Assembly: GCA_934120045.1 (NCBI GenBank) | Contig: CAKOTF010000003.1 | Span: 1,210-65,209, forward strand | DNA from: an uncultured Clostridia bacterium | Lineage (GTDB): Bacteria > Bacillota > Clostridia > TANB77 > CAG-508 | Length of the DNA: 64,000 nucleotides | Reading direction: 5' to 3' | Part shown: positions 21,800 through 31,123 of the stretch, piece by piece | How positions within the stretch are numbered: the first letter of the stretch is position 1 | Layout of the letters: every line of letters starts with the position of its first letter | The notes under the pieces: generated by a model | The model's database searches: none | Told to the model about the DNA's origin: nothing | Seen by the model: only the letters and a program-made list of their open reading frames with translations | Translations under genes and position numbers: made by a program

Positions 21800-23053
21800 A
21801 TGGAATATTTATATATACTAAAGCAAGCACTTATATGGGTGTTAACAGCATTTTGGTGTTATCAATTTGTAATAAGTTTGTGTGCATTAGTTAAATTGAA
21901 AGATAAACCATATTTAGTAAATAAAAATCACAAATTTATGGCAATAATACCAGCACATAATGAAGAAATGGTAGTTGGAAATTTAATAGAGAGCCTAAAA
22001 AATCAAACATATGATAAAAACTTATATGATATATATGTTATTGCAGATAACTGTACAGATAAAACAGCAGATGTTGCAAGAAAAGCAGGAGCAATAGTAT
22101 ATGAAAGATTTGATAATGCACATAAAACAAAAGGATATGCATTACAATGGTTTTTAAAACAAAAAATAGCAGAAAATGCAGATTATGATGCATTCTTTGT
22201 ATTTGATGCAGACAACATTGTTGATAAAAACTTTATAAAAAATATGAACAAAAAACTATGTCAAGGAGAAGAAGTTGTTCAAGGATATAGAGATATAAAA
22301 AATCCAACAGACAATTGGATAACAGCAGGATATGCATTGTTTTATTGGACAATGCACAGAATGTACCATTTAGCAAGATATAATATAGGATTATCACCAT
22401 TACTAAATGGAACAGGATTTATGGTAAAATTTGATGTAGTAAAACCAAATGGATGGGAAACAGAAACACTAACAGAAGATATTGAATTTTCATTAAAACA
22501 AATAATTCAAGGAAGAAAATTAGGCTGGGCAACAGATGCAATAGTATATGATGAACAACCAACATCATTTAAACAAGCATGGTCACAAAGAAGTAGATGG
22601 ACAGTAGGACATATGCAATGTTTAAAAAAATATACAGGTAAATTATACAAAGCAGTAAAAGAACACAAAACATTAATGAATTTTGACGGATTGCTATATA
22701 TAGCAGGAACAACACCAATATTAGTAGTAACATTTGGATTAATATTAATAAACTGTATAATGTATGCAAGCCAAGCAATGACAACGTGGTTATTTATAGT
22801 AAATATTTTAAATTATTTAATTCCAACATTAATATTCCCAATATTTACAGCACTATTTGTAATGATATTAGAAAAGAAACCAATAAAACCAATGATAAAA
22901 GGATTGTTATGTTATCCAGCATTTATGGGAACATGGGTAATAATAAACTTGAAATGTTTATTTAAACGAGAAACAACATGGGAAAAAATAGATCATGTTA
23001 GAGATATAAAAATAGCAGAAGTTAAAGAGGAAGAAGTTCCTGAAAAGATTTAA
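21800..23053 (+). CDS. family 2 glycosyltransferase, membrane-integrated and processive type
   Basis: AIIPAHNEE...YVIADNCTD (DXD region), QRSRWTVGHMQ (QxxRW) and several TM segments. Confidence 0.85.
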   Translation: MEYLYILKQALIWVLTAFWCYQFVISLCALVKLKDKPYLVNKNHKFMAIIPAHNEEMVVGNLIESLKNQTYDKNLYDIYVIADNCTDKTADVARKAGAIVYERFDNAHKTKGYALQWFLKQKIAENADYDAFFVFDADNIVDKNFIKNMNKKLCQGEEVVQGYRDIKNPTDNWITAGYALFYWTMHRMYHLARYNIGLSPLLNGTGFMVKFDVVKPNGWETETLTEDIEFSLKQIIQGRKLGWATDAIVYDEQPTSFKQAWSQRSRWTVGHMQCLKKYTGKLYKAVKEHKTLMNFDGLLYIAGTTPILVVTFGLILINCIMYASQAMTTWLFIVNILNYLIPTLIFPIFTALFVMILEKKPIKPMIKGLLCYPAFMGTWVIINLKCLFKRETTWEKIDHVRDIKIAEVKEEEVPEKI

Positions 23054-23157
23054 AACTAAAGACACGTACAATCGTGTCTTTATCATGTAAATAAGGTGGA
23101 CAAAATAATCCACTTTTGTTTTACTAAAAAGATAAAAATTAAAATAGAGGAAAAAAT

Positions 23158-24009
23158 ATGGGATTTGAAAAAATCAAAGTATATGCATTTGTAGGACCAT
23201 CTGGAACAGGAAAAAGTTATAGAGCACAGATGGTTGCGAGTGAAAATGATATAAACTTCATAATAGATGATGGGTTACTTATAAAAGATAATGAAATTGT
23301 TGCTGGATTATCTGCAAAAAAAGCACCAACAAAAATAGAAACAGTAAAACACGCATTATTTTTAAATAAAGAGGAACAAGATCAAATAGATAAAGCATTA
23401 AAAAAATATAAACCTAAAAAAATATTAATATTAGGAACATCTGATGGAATGGTAGCCAAAATAGCAGAAAATTTAGGCTTACCACAAATATCAAAAACAA
23501 CATATATAAGTGAAGTAGCAACAGAAGAAGAAATGAAAACAGCAAGACATATTAGAGAAACAGAAGGAAAACATGTAATACCAGTACCAACATTTGAATT
23601 GAAAAAAGATTTCTCAGGATATTTATTAGATCCATTACAAATTTTCAAATCAAAAGGAATTGGAGAAAAACCATATATATCAGAAAAAACAATAATAAGA
23701 CCAACATTTAGCTATATGGGAAAATTCACAATATCTGACACAGTATTTAGACAAATAATGGAAAATGTTGCAAGAAAAATTCCAGAGATATATAAAGTTC
23801 AAAGAACAAGAGTAACAAGCTCTGCAGAAGGACCGAGTATCTATATGGAAGTAACAATAATATATGGTTGTAAAGTAAAAGATGTTTTAAGAGAATTTAA
23901 AGAAAGGGCAAAAAAGGAAATGGATAAATTAACATCAATGAATGTTGTATCATTAGAAGTAGTAGCTAAAAATGTCTATGTCCCAGAAAAAGAAAATGAA
24001 GAAAATTAA
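23158..24009 (+). CDS. P-loop NTPase (GPSGTGKS) fused to an Asp23/Gls24-like C-terminal domain
   Basis: Walker A FVGPSGTGKSYRAQ. The C-terminal half resembles alkaline-shock Asp23-family proteins. Confidence 0.5.
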   Translation: MGFEKIKVYAFVGPSGTGKSYRAQMVASENDINFIIDDGLLIKDNEIVAGLSAKKAPTKIETVKHALFLNKEEQDQIDKALKKYKPKKILILGTSDGMVAKIAENLGLPQISKTTYISEVATEEEMKTARHIRETEGKHVIPVPTFELKKDFSGYLLDPLQIFKSKGIGEKPYISEKTIIRPTFSYMGKFTISDTVFRQIMENVARKIPEIYKVQRTRVTSSAEGPSIYMEVTIIYGCKVKDVLREFKERAKKEMDKLTSMNVVSLEVVAKNVYVPEKENEEN

Positions 24010-24610
24010 ATTATTTTTTAAACAGATAATTAGAATAATAGTAAGATTTGCTATAAAGCTGTATTTTGTAGTAATATATAGAGTAAAAGTTATTGGACAA
24101 GAAAACATTCCAAAGAATAAAAAAGAGCCATTAATATATTGTGGAAATCATAGAACATATAAAGACCCACCATTAATAGTAGTAACAGCAAAAAGACATG
24201 TAAGATTTTTAGCAAAAGAAGAACTACGAAAAAACAAATTTTTTGCATTTCTTGGAGTTGTATTTGATGGAATATATGTTAAAAGAGACTCAAAAGATTT
24301 ATCAGCTATAAAAACAACATTAAAAGCATTAAAAAATGGTGAAAGTATAGCACTATTTCCAGAAGGAACAAGAAATGGAATAGAAAAAGGTGAAAAAGTA
24401 AAAGATGGTGCTGCATTTTTTGCTGTTAGAACTGGTGCCAAAGTTATTCCAGTAGGAATAACTGGAGGAGAAAAACCATTTAAACAAATGACAATTAGAT
24501 ATGGAAAACCAATGGACTTTAGTGATAGAGATAAAAATGATAAAGAAGAACTTGATAAAATAACAGAAGAAATAATGGAAGAGATAATTAAATTAAGTAA
24601 AGAAAAATAA
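23996..24610 (+). CDS. plsC: 1-acyl-sn-glycerol-3-phosphate acyltransferase (LPLAT family)
   Basis: NHRTYKD (HX4D) and FPEGTRN motifs. The ATG at 23996 is in frame and overlaps the end of the upstream gene. Confidence 0.8.
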   Translation: MKKIKLFFKQIIRIIVRFAIKLYFVVIYRVKVIGQENIPKNKKEPLIYCGNHRTYKDPPLIVVTAKRHVRFLAKEELRKNKFFAFLGVVFDGIYVKRDSKDLSAIKTTLKALKNGESIALFPEGTRNGIEKGEKVKDGAAFFAVRTGAKVIPVGITGGEKPFKQMTIRYGKPMDFSDRDKNDKEELDKITEEIMEEIIKLSKEK

Positions 24611-24677
24611 AAACGTTAATAAAACCAAAACACGAATAGTGCAAAAATCAAAGTAATAAAAAAGGAAGGAAATAAAA

Positions 24678-26498
24678 ATGAATAACAAAAATATAAGAAA
24701 TATAGCAATTATAGCACACGTTGACCATGGAAAAACAACATTAGTAGATGCATTATTAAGACAAAGCCATGTATTTAGAGATAATGAACAAGTAGCAGAA
24801 AGAGTAATGGACTCAAATGACCAAGAAAAAGAAAGAGGAATTACAATATTAGCAAAAAATACAGCAGTTATGTTTAATGGAGTAAAAATTAATATAGTTG
24901 ACACTCCTGGACATGCTGATTTTGGTGGAGAAGTAGAAAGAGTTTTAAAAACAGTTGATGGAGTACTTTTATTAGTAGATGCATTTGAAGGAGCAATGCC
25001 ACAAACAAGAGAAGTATTGAAAAAATCATTAGCAATGAATTTAAAACCAATTGTAGTAATAAACAAAATAGACAGACCAGGTGCAGAACCACAAAAAGTA
25101 TTAGATGAAGTAATGGAATTATTCATAGAATTAGATGCAAATGATGATCAATTAGATTTCCCAGTAGTATATGCATCAGCTAAAAATGGAGTTGCAAAAT
25201 TAAACTTAGATGATCCAGATGGAGATTTAACATGTTTATTTGAAACAATAATAAACACAATTCAAGCACCAAACTGTGATGTAGAAGGACCTGCACAAAT
25301 GTTAGTATCAAATATTGATTATGATGATTATGTAGGAAGAATTGCAGTAGGAAGACTTGAAAGAGGAACAATAAAAGTTGGTATGCCAGTAAGCATTTGT
25401 GAAAAAGATGATAAAATATCACAAGGAAAAGTAGCAAAAGTTTATACACATATGGGATTAAAGAAAGTAGAAGTTGATGAAGCATCTGCTGGAGATATTA
25501 TAGAATTAGCAGGACTTCCAAACATTCATATTGGAGATACAATCTGTGATTTCAATAATCCAGAAAAAATACCATTTGTAGATATTGATGAACCAACAGT
25601 ATCTATGACATTTAGTGTAAACAATGGACCATTTGCAGGAAGAGAAGGACAATTCATAACATCAAGACATTTAAGAGATAGATTATTCAAAGAATTAGAC
25701 AGAAATGTAAGCTTAAGAGTTGAAGAAACAGCATCACCTGATTCATTTATAGTATCAGGAAGAGGAGAATTACACTTATCAGTATTAATAGAAACAATGA
25801 GAAGAGAAGGATATGAATTATTAGTATCTAGACCAAAAGTAATCATGAAAGAAATTGATGGTGTAAAATGTGAACCAATTGAAAGATTAGTTGTAAACAT
25901 TCCAGATGATTCAGTAGGAACAGTAATTGAAAAACTAGGAAGAAGAAAAGCTGAAATGGTTAATATGGAACCAGCTGAAGCAGGACATACAAAAATCGAA
26001 TTCAAGATTCCAGCAAGAGGATTAATTGGATATAGAACAGAATTCCTTACAGATACAAAAGGTGAAGGAGTTATGAACAGTATATTTGATTGCTACGAAC
26101 CATATAAAGGAGAAGTTGTAGCAAGAGTTAGAGGAACAATTGTAGCATTTGAAGCAGGAACATCAATAACATATGGATTATACAATGCACAAGACAAAGG
26201 AGAATTATTCATAGGACCTGGTGTTGATGTATATGAAGGAATGATAGTTGGATTAAATTCAAGAGGAGAAGATTTAGCTATAAATGTATGTAAAGAAAAA
26301 CATTTAACAAACACAAGAGCTTCAGGATCTGATGATGCCTTAAGATTAGTACCACCAATTCAAATGTCACTTGAAAAAGCAATAGAATTTATCCAAGATG
26401 ATGAATTAGTAGAAGTTACACCAAAATCAATAAGATTAAGAAAGAAAATCTTAGACAATAAAGAAAGAGAAAGAGCAGCAAGAAACGCAAATAAATAG
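24678..26498 (+). CDS. typA: translational GTPase TypA/BipA
   Basis: IRNIAIIAHVDHGKTTLVD, DTPGHADF, 606 aa, EF-G-like architecture. Confidence 0.95.
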   Translation: MNNKNIRNIAIIAHVDHGKTTLVDALLRQSHVFRDNEQVAERVMDSNDQEKERGITILAKNTAVMFNGVKINIVDTPGHADFGGEVERVLKTVDGVLLLVDAFEGAMPQTREVLKKSLAMNLKPIVVINKIDRPGAEPQKVLDEVMELFIELDANDDQLDFPVVYASAKNGVAKLNLDDPDGDLTCLFETIINTIQAPNCDVEGPAQMLVSNIDYDDYVGRIAVGRLERGTIKVGMPVSICEKDDKISQGKVAKVYTHMGLKKVEVDEASAGDIIELAGLPNIHIGDTICDFNNPEKIPFVDIDEPTVSMTFSVNNGPFAGREGQFITSRHLRDRLFKELDRNVSLRVEETASPDSFIVSGRGELHLSVLIETMRREGYELLVSRPKVIMKEIDGVKCEPIERLVVNIPDDSVGTVIEKLGRRKAEMVNMEPAEAGHTKIEFKIPARGLIGYRTEFLTDTKGEGVMNSIFDCYEPYKGEVVARVRGTIVAFEAGTSITYGLYNAQDKGELFIGPGVDVYEGMIVGLNSRGEDLAINVCKEKHLTNTRASGSDDALRLVPPIQMSLEKAIEFIQDDELVEVTPKSIRLRKKILDNKERERAARNANK

Positions 26499-26577
26499 AT
26501 TATTAAAACAAAGACTGATTTGGTGAAATAAATTTATCTAATTAGTCTTTGTTTCTATTGAGAAAGGAAGGAGTTTT

Positions 26578-26841
26578 ATGTCAAAAAGAGATTGCAATAG
26601 AAAAGGTTATTTAAAAGGAAGTGTAAGAAGTAAAATTGTTTGTAAGAAACAATTAATAAGTATTGAAAAAGCTGCAAAAGATAAAAAAGAGATAAGAAAA
26701 CCACAATTAGGACCAAGAGCTTTAGCATGGAATGAATTCAAAAAAACTGGAAAAATAGACAGAGCATATGAAATGATTGCTGAAATATATGGAGAAAATA
26801 CTTTTTCTAATAATGTTATACTTCAATGGATTAATGAATAA
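26578..26841 (+). CDS. small basic hypothetical protein
   Basis: An 87-aa ORF with an RBS (aaggaagg) in an otherwise empty intergenic gap. Confidence 0.4.
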   Translation: MSKRDCNRKGYLKGSVRSKIVCKKQLISIEKAAKDKKEIRKPQLGPRALAWNEFKKTGKIDRAYEMIAEIYGENTFSNNVILQWINE

Positions 26842-26887
26842 ATGCAAAAAGAAGAACAAAAAAGAGAAGATTTAAAAGGTAGTAGTT

Positions 26888-27502
26888 ATGATGAGGCAAG
26901 ATAGAATGAATAAAAAAGAATTAGAAAAAATAAAACAAAAAGCATTGGAAGAACATATTCCAATAATAATGGATGATACATTAGAAGTTGTAGATAAAAT
27001 TTTAAAAGAAGTAAAACCAAAAAGAATATTAGAAATAGGAACAGCTGTTGGATATTCAGCAATGTGTTTTTCCGAATATCTTGAAGATGATGGAATAATA
27101 GATACAATAGAAAGAGATGAAGAAAGAATTGCAGAAGCTAAAATAAATATAAAAAATGTTGGGGTAGAAGATAAGATAAATATTTATGAAGGTGATGCTG
27201 TTGAAATTCTACCAACTTTAAATGAACAATATGATATAGCATTTATAGATGCTGCAAAAGGAAAATATCCATTTTTCTTAAAAGAAGCATTGCGAATGTT
27301 AAAACCTAATGGAGTTATATTAGCTGATAATATATTATATAAAGGTTATGTTATGAGTGATTATAATAAACATAAACAACGTACAGCTGTAAGAAATTTG
27401 CGTGAATATATAAAAGAGGTTACAGAAGATCCAAACCTTGAAACTGAAATACTAGAAGTTGGAGATGGTCTTGCTGTAAGTAGAAGAAAAAAAATCGACT
27501 AA
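26888..27502 (+). CDS. class I SAM-dependent O-methyltransferase (caffeoyl-CoA OMT / YrrM-like)
   Basis: EIGTAVGYSA SAM-binding loop, IAFIDAAKGKYP and LKPNGVILADN. Confidence 0.8.
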   Translation: MMRQDRMNKKELEKIKQKALEEHIPIIMDDTLEVVDKILKEVKPKRILEIGTAVGYSAMCFSEYLEDDGIIDTIERDEERIAEAKINIKNVGVEDKINIYEGDAVEILPTLNEQYDIAFIDAAKGKYPFFLKEALRMLKPNGVILADNILYKGYVMSDYNKHKQRTAVRNLREYIKEVTEDPNLETEILEVGDGLAVSRRKKID

Positions 27503-27523
27503 TTTAGCCGATTTTTTTAGTTT

Positions 27524-28510
27524 TTATTTTAATTTCTTTCTTACTTGGTCAATTTGTTCTTGAGTAGCATTTGTACATTTTTTTATTTCGTCATCTTTGT
27601 AATTAAGATTAAGCATATTTTTTATAGTTGAAAATAGATTTTCTAATTTTCCTCTAGTTTCACCAATTTTTATATTTTTCTTCTTTTCCAATCTTATATT
27701 ATTATTAATTCTTTCAATTAAATCTTCCATATTTTCGTTTTTCTCCTTTTCATATAACAATTTTAAAATTTTTGATTTAGAAGTATCATCTAAAGTTTTA
27801 GCAAAAACATATGTTACTAAATTATTAACCCATTCTTTTGTATTAGATGTGTTTGCATGAATTGCAATATATTCAAGTGTTTGTGCTAATTCTAAATGAT
27901 TTTTACACTTTTCAATTAAAAGCATATAAGATATTTTATTGTGGATATTTTTTAATTTATCTATACTGTAAGCATGAATATCAATTAGCTTATAAATTTG
28001 ATTGATAACAAATGATTTGTTAGAAAAATTAAATGTTTGAGTATCTGAAAAATTAGTTGGAATATTCCAAGGTTGTTTTCCTGTGTAAATAACAATTGGA
28101 ACAATTAAAGGATTTTTTAATTCAATTTTATTTTTCTTGATTTCACGCATAAGTTCAGTAGAATATTCTAAAATTCTTCTAGGCATGTCAATGTTTACAG
28201 TGGATTGATGTTCAATTAAATAAAAAGTATTTTGAATTATATCTTTATATAAAATATCTGATTCTCTTCGCTTGTAATTATTTGTAATAAAACTACTATT
28301 ATATATTTTTAAATTTTCTGAATTCACCTCCAATCCAATAAATGTTTTTAAAAAATCTGTCATTTCATATGAACTCTTTAATATTTCTTTGAATGTTTTA
28401 TCATGAACTTGAAATATAACATCTTTAGAAATGATAATAATGTCATTTGAGTAAGTTGATGAAAATTCGCTCGAAGAAATAGAGTTGTTTGTATTTAAAA
28501 ATTTGGGCAA
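27524..28510 (-). CDS. Rpn-family recombination-promoting nuclease / putative transposase (Transposase_31-like)
   Basis: An N-terminal DxxFKxIL...IEHQST region typical of the YhgA/Rpn PD-(D/E)XK family. Confidence 0.55.
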   Translation of the reverse strand: MPKFLNTNNSISSSEFSSTYSNDIIIISKDVIFQVHDKTFKEILKSSYEMTDFLKTFIGLEVNSENLKIYNSSFITNNYKRRESDILYKDIIQNTFYLIEHQSTVNIDMPRRILEYSTELMREIKKNKIELKNPLIVPIVIYTGKQPWNIPTNFSDTQTFNFSNKSFVINQIYKLIDIHAYSIDKLKNIHNKISYMLLIEKCKNHLELAQTLEYIAIHANTSNTKEWVNNLVTYVFAKTLDDTSKSKILKLLYEKEKNENMEDLIERINNNIRLEKKKNIKIGETRGKLENLFSTIKNMLNLNYKDDEIKKCTNATQEQIDQVRKKLK

Positions 28511-28873
28511 TAAAAATCACCTTTACCTTTCTGTTTTCTCTTATTGAAATAGAAATTAATAAGAAAATAATTTATGAGATTATAAAAAATATGAATAATA
28601 AGTTTTTTACACAATGAAAATGTGTGAAATAAAAGTGTATAAAAAATATACACAAATAATATATCATAAAATGGTGTAATTAACAAGAGTAATCTTAAAA
28701 ATAATATAAAAAAATTTCGACAAAATATGTCAAATTTATTTTACAATTTTATACTTTTTGTGAAATAAATTTTAATGAAATGTCGAAAAAAGTATTGATA
28801 AAATAAAAATGTATTGATATAATTAAATTGATTTTATAATCATTAAGAATAACAAAAGAAAGAGGCGAAAATA

Positions 28874-30931
28874 TTGAAAAATAAAGAAAAAACAAGAAAA
28901 AAGAAGAATCAAGATGGGCCTATAGTAATAGAATTAAATTTAAGTTTAACAGTGGGAATAATTGGAGCAATAATAGCAATAATAGTTGCAATAACAACAG
29001 TAAAAGTAATAACAACAATGATCCAAGCAAATGAAAACAAAAATGCAGCAAATGAAAGTGATATAAATCAATATGCAACATATGTAACAAGTACAACTAA
29101 AAATGAGAGTGGAAATATTGTAGAAGACAAAGATAGTAATGGAAATGTTATAAAAATTCCAGTTCCAAAAGGATATACTGCGTCACAAATAGATGGTGAA
29201 ACATCATTAAATAAAGGCTTTGTAATTTATGAAGGAGATGTAGACTGGAATACAATATTATTAAATACAAGTATGCAAAGTACAAATTCAAGTAATACAA
29301 AACCAGTAAATACTAATACAGAAAGCACACAAAGTAGTAAAACACAGCCTACAAATAGTGAGGAAACACAAAATACAGAAACACAAAGTACAACAACACA
29401 ATCTACAAACACAGAAACAAAATCAACAAATGATATGCCAAACGATGAAGAACAAACAGAAGAAAATACAATAATAGATAATGTTCAAAATACACAAAGT
29501 ACAATGAATACACAAACATCAAGTACAGATGCAACAAATAATAAAACAATAAGTACTGAAAAAACAAGCGAAACACTAAAAACAGAAAATGAAGAAAATA
29601 AAAATGAAAATCAAAATAATATAACAACATCAACAAAACAAGAAGAAAATCAAGAGAATCAAGCAACAAAAAGTACAGTAGAAGATAGCTCAACATCAAA
29701 TAAAGTAACAAATTCAACAGCAAATAATACAACAGAAAGCACTAACCCAAAACAAAATGAGAACAATGAAAATAATATACAAGAAAATCCAAAAGAAACA
29801 ATAGTAGAAAAAAGTACAGAAAATGGAATAGATGGAACGAATGCAGTAGATGTAGAAGATGAAACAGCAGATGATACAGGTACAACAGGTTCAACAGAAT
29901 TAACATTAGAAGAACAACAAAACAAAAATATATTTGATTTACAAAAGGAAAGAAACCAGTATGTATGGGTGCCAGTAAGTAACATATCAGAAATATATGG
30001 AGTAGATAGTAATAAAAAAATATGGGGAAAATTATACAACTTTTCAAGTTCAGGAAGATCAAATAGAAACTGGACAGAAACAAATGGAATAATGAGTATA
30101 ACAAATGCAACAAACTATAGAGAACCAGATGTGTTAAGTAATTTTTCAGGTAACTATGAGTATCAACATTACGACCAAGACGGTTATTCATATATGCACA
30201 GTTATGGATTAGGACAAACAAGATATGAAATGTTAGCACAGGAATTAGAACAAAACTATTTAGAAATAATGGAAAGCATAAAGAAATATGGAGGCTTTTA
30301 TATAGGAAGATATGAAACAGGAGGATTGAACGGAACAGCAGTAGTAAGAAAAATGGACACAAATATAGCTTCTCAAAATTGGTATACGATGTATAAAAAA
30401 TGTTTAACATTAAAAGGAAGTAATGATAATATAAAAACAATGATGATAACAGGAAGTTTGTGGGATGAGACATTAGAGTGGTTAGTGAAATCAGGAGCAA
30501 CGAATTCAGCAGGAACAACATTAACATATCAATTAGTAGGAAGCAATTCAACAACATTCGGAAATTATAATAATGCAACATTTAGTTATATAGCGAAAGA
30601 TGCAGAACAGCCAGTAGAGACAGAGACAAAAGAGACAAGTAAAGGTGTTTTAATACCAACAGGAAGTGCAGAATATACGAAGACGAATAACATATATGAT
30701 ATGGCAGGAAATGTGTGGGAGTGGACTACAGAGGCCTACTCTTCTTTCTCCAGGGTCTATCGTGGTGGCGTTTACAACAGCTACGGCTACGGCTATCCGA
30801 TGGCATACCGTAACGACGGCAGTCCGAGCAACTACAGCAGTGACTTACGGGTGCAGGAGCTTACTTTGCATAAAATAGGGTATCCTGAAACACTGTATCC
30901 TGATACAGCACCAAGAAGAGTAACAAATTGA
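28874..30931 (+). CDS. DGR variable (target) protein: N-terminal TM helix, long Thr/Asn/Gln/Ser-rich linker and a C-terminal FGE-sulfatase / C-type-lectin-fold domain containing the VR
   Basis: YIGRYETG...NIYDMAGNVWEWT...RGG FGE-sulfatase signature. The VR occupies the last about 65 codons. The start may be TTG at 28874 or ATG at 28913. Confidence 0.85.
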   Translation: MKNKEKTRKKKNQDGPIVIELNLSLTVGIIGAIIAIIVAITTVKVITTMIQANENKNAANESDINQYATYVTSTTKNESGNIVEDKDSNGNVIKIPVPKGYTASQIDGETSLNKGFVIYEGDVDWNTILLNTSMQSTNSSNTKPVNTNTESTQSSKTQPTNSEETQNTETQSTTTQSTNTETKSTNDMPNDEEQTEENTIIDNVQNTQSTMNTQTSSTDATNNKTISTEKTSETLKTENEENKNENQNNITTSTKQEENQENQATKSTVEDSSTSNKVTNSTANNTTESTNPKQNENNENNIQENPKETIVEKSTENGIDGTNAVDVEDETADDTGTTGSTELTLEEQQNKNIFDLQKERNQYVWVPVSNISEIYGVDSNKKIWGKLYNFSSSGRSNRNWTETNGIMSITNATNYREPDVLSNFSGNYEYQHYDQDGYSYMHSYGLGQTRYEMLAQELEQNYLEIMESIKKYGGFYIGRYETGGLNGTAVVRKMDTNIASQNWYTMYKKCLTLKGSNDNIKTMMITGSLWDETLEWLVKSGATNSAGTTLTYQLVGSNSTTFGNYNNATFSYIAKDAEQPVETETKETSKGVLIPTGSAEYTKTNNIYDMAGNVWEWTTEAYSSFSRVYRGGVYNSYGYGYPMAYRNDGSPSNYSSDLRVQELTLHKIGYPETLYPDTAPRRVTN
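30731..30866 (+). repeat. DGR variable region (VR)
   Basis: It aligns base-for-base with 32924..33059. About 35 differences all fall where the TR has A, and it ends in a conserved gggtgcaggagcttact (IMH-like). Confidence 0.88.
30889..30906 (+). other. short hairpin (ctgtatc-ct-gatacag) just downstream of the VR/IMH
   Basis: A perfect 7-bp inverted repeat 24 nt after the IMH-like sequence. Such hairpins are known to flank DGR VRs. Confidence 0.4.
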
Positions 30932-31123
30932 AAACATAAAAGGCGAGAAAATTTTTCACAAGTTCATATAAAAAGTAAATAAAAAGCCAAACAATTCTTT
31001 TTAGAATTGTTTGGCAAAATATAAAAATAAACTTATTGTCGAGAGTTATATTTTTATAAAGTCAAATAATGGAAATTGAATTGAATTAATGAGGTAGTAT
31101 AATATTAGGCAGAAAGGAAAAAG

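Noticed and set aside
24593-26314. Minus-strand ORFs (177, 159, 101, 73 aa) opposite typA
   Set aside because: They are antisense to a highly conserved translational GTPase gene and have no independent support.
28511-28873. Possible riboswitch or leader in the long AT-rich region upstream of the DGR target gene
   Set aside because: It contains a good sigma-A promoter (ttgata-17-tataat) but no GC-rich structured core or conserved riboswitch motifs that I can recognise. The near-palindromes are imperfect.
29403-30581. Several long minus-strand ORFs (109-279 aa) opposite the DGR target gene
   Set aside because: They are Leu/Phe/Tyr-rich antisense translations of the Thr/Asn/Gln codon-rich linker region. 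They have no RBS or motifs.
30666-30878. 70-aa plus-strand ORF in another frame across the DGR VR
   Set aside because: This is an alternate-frame artefact of the GC-rich VR sequence inside the well-supported FGE-sulfatase-domain gene.
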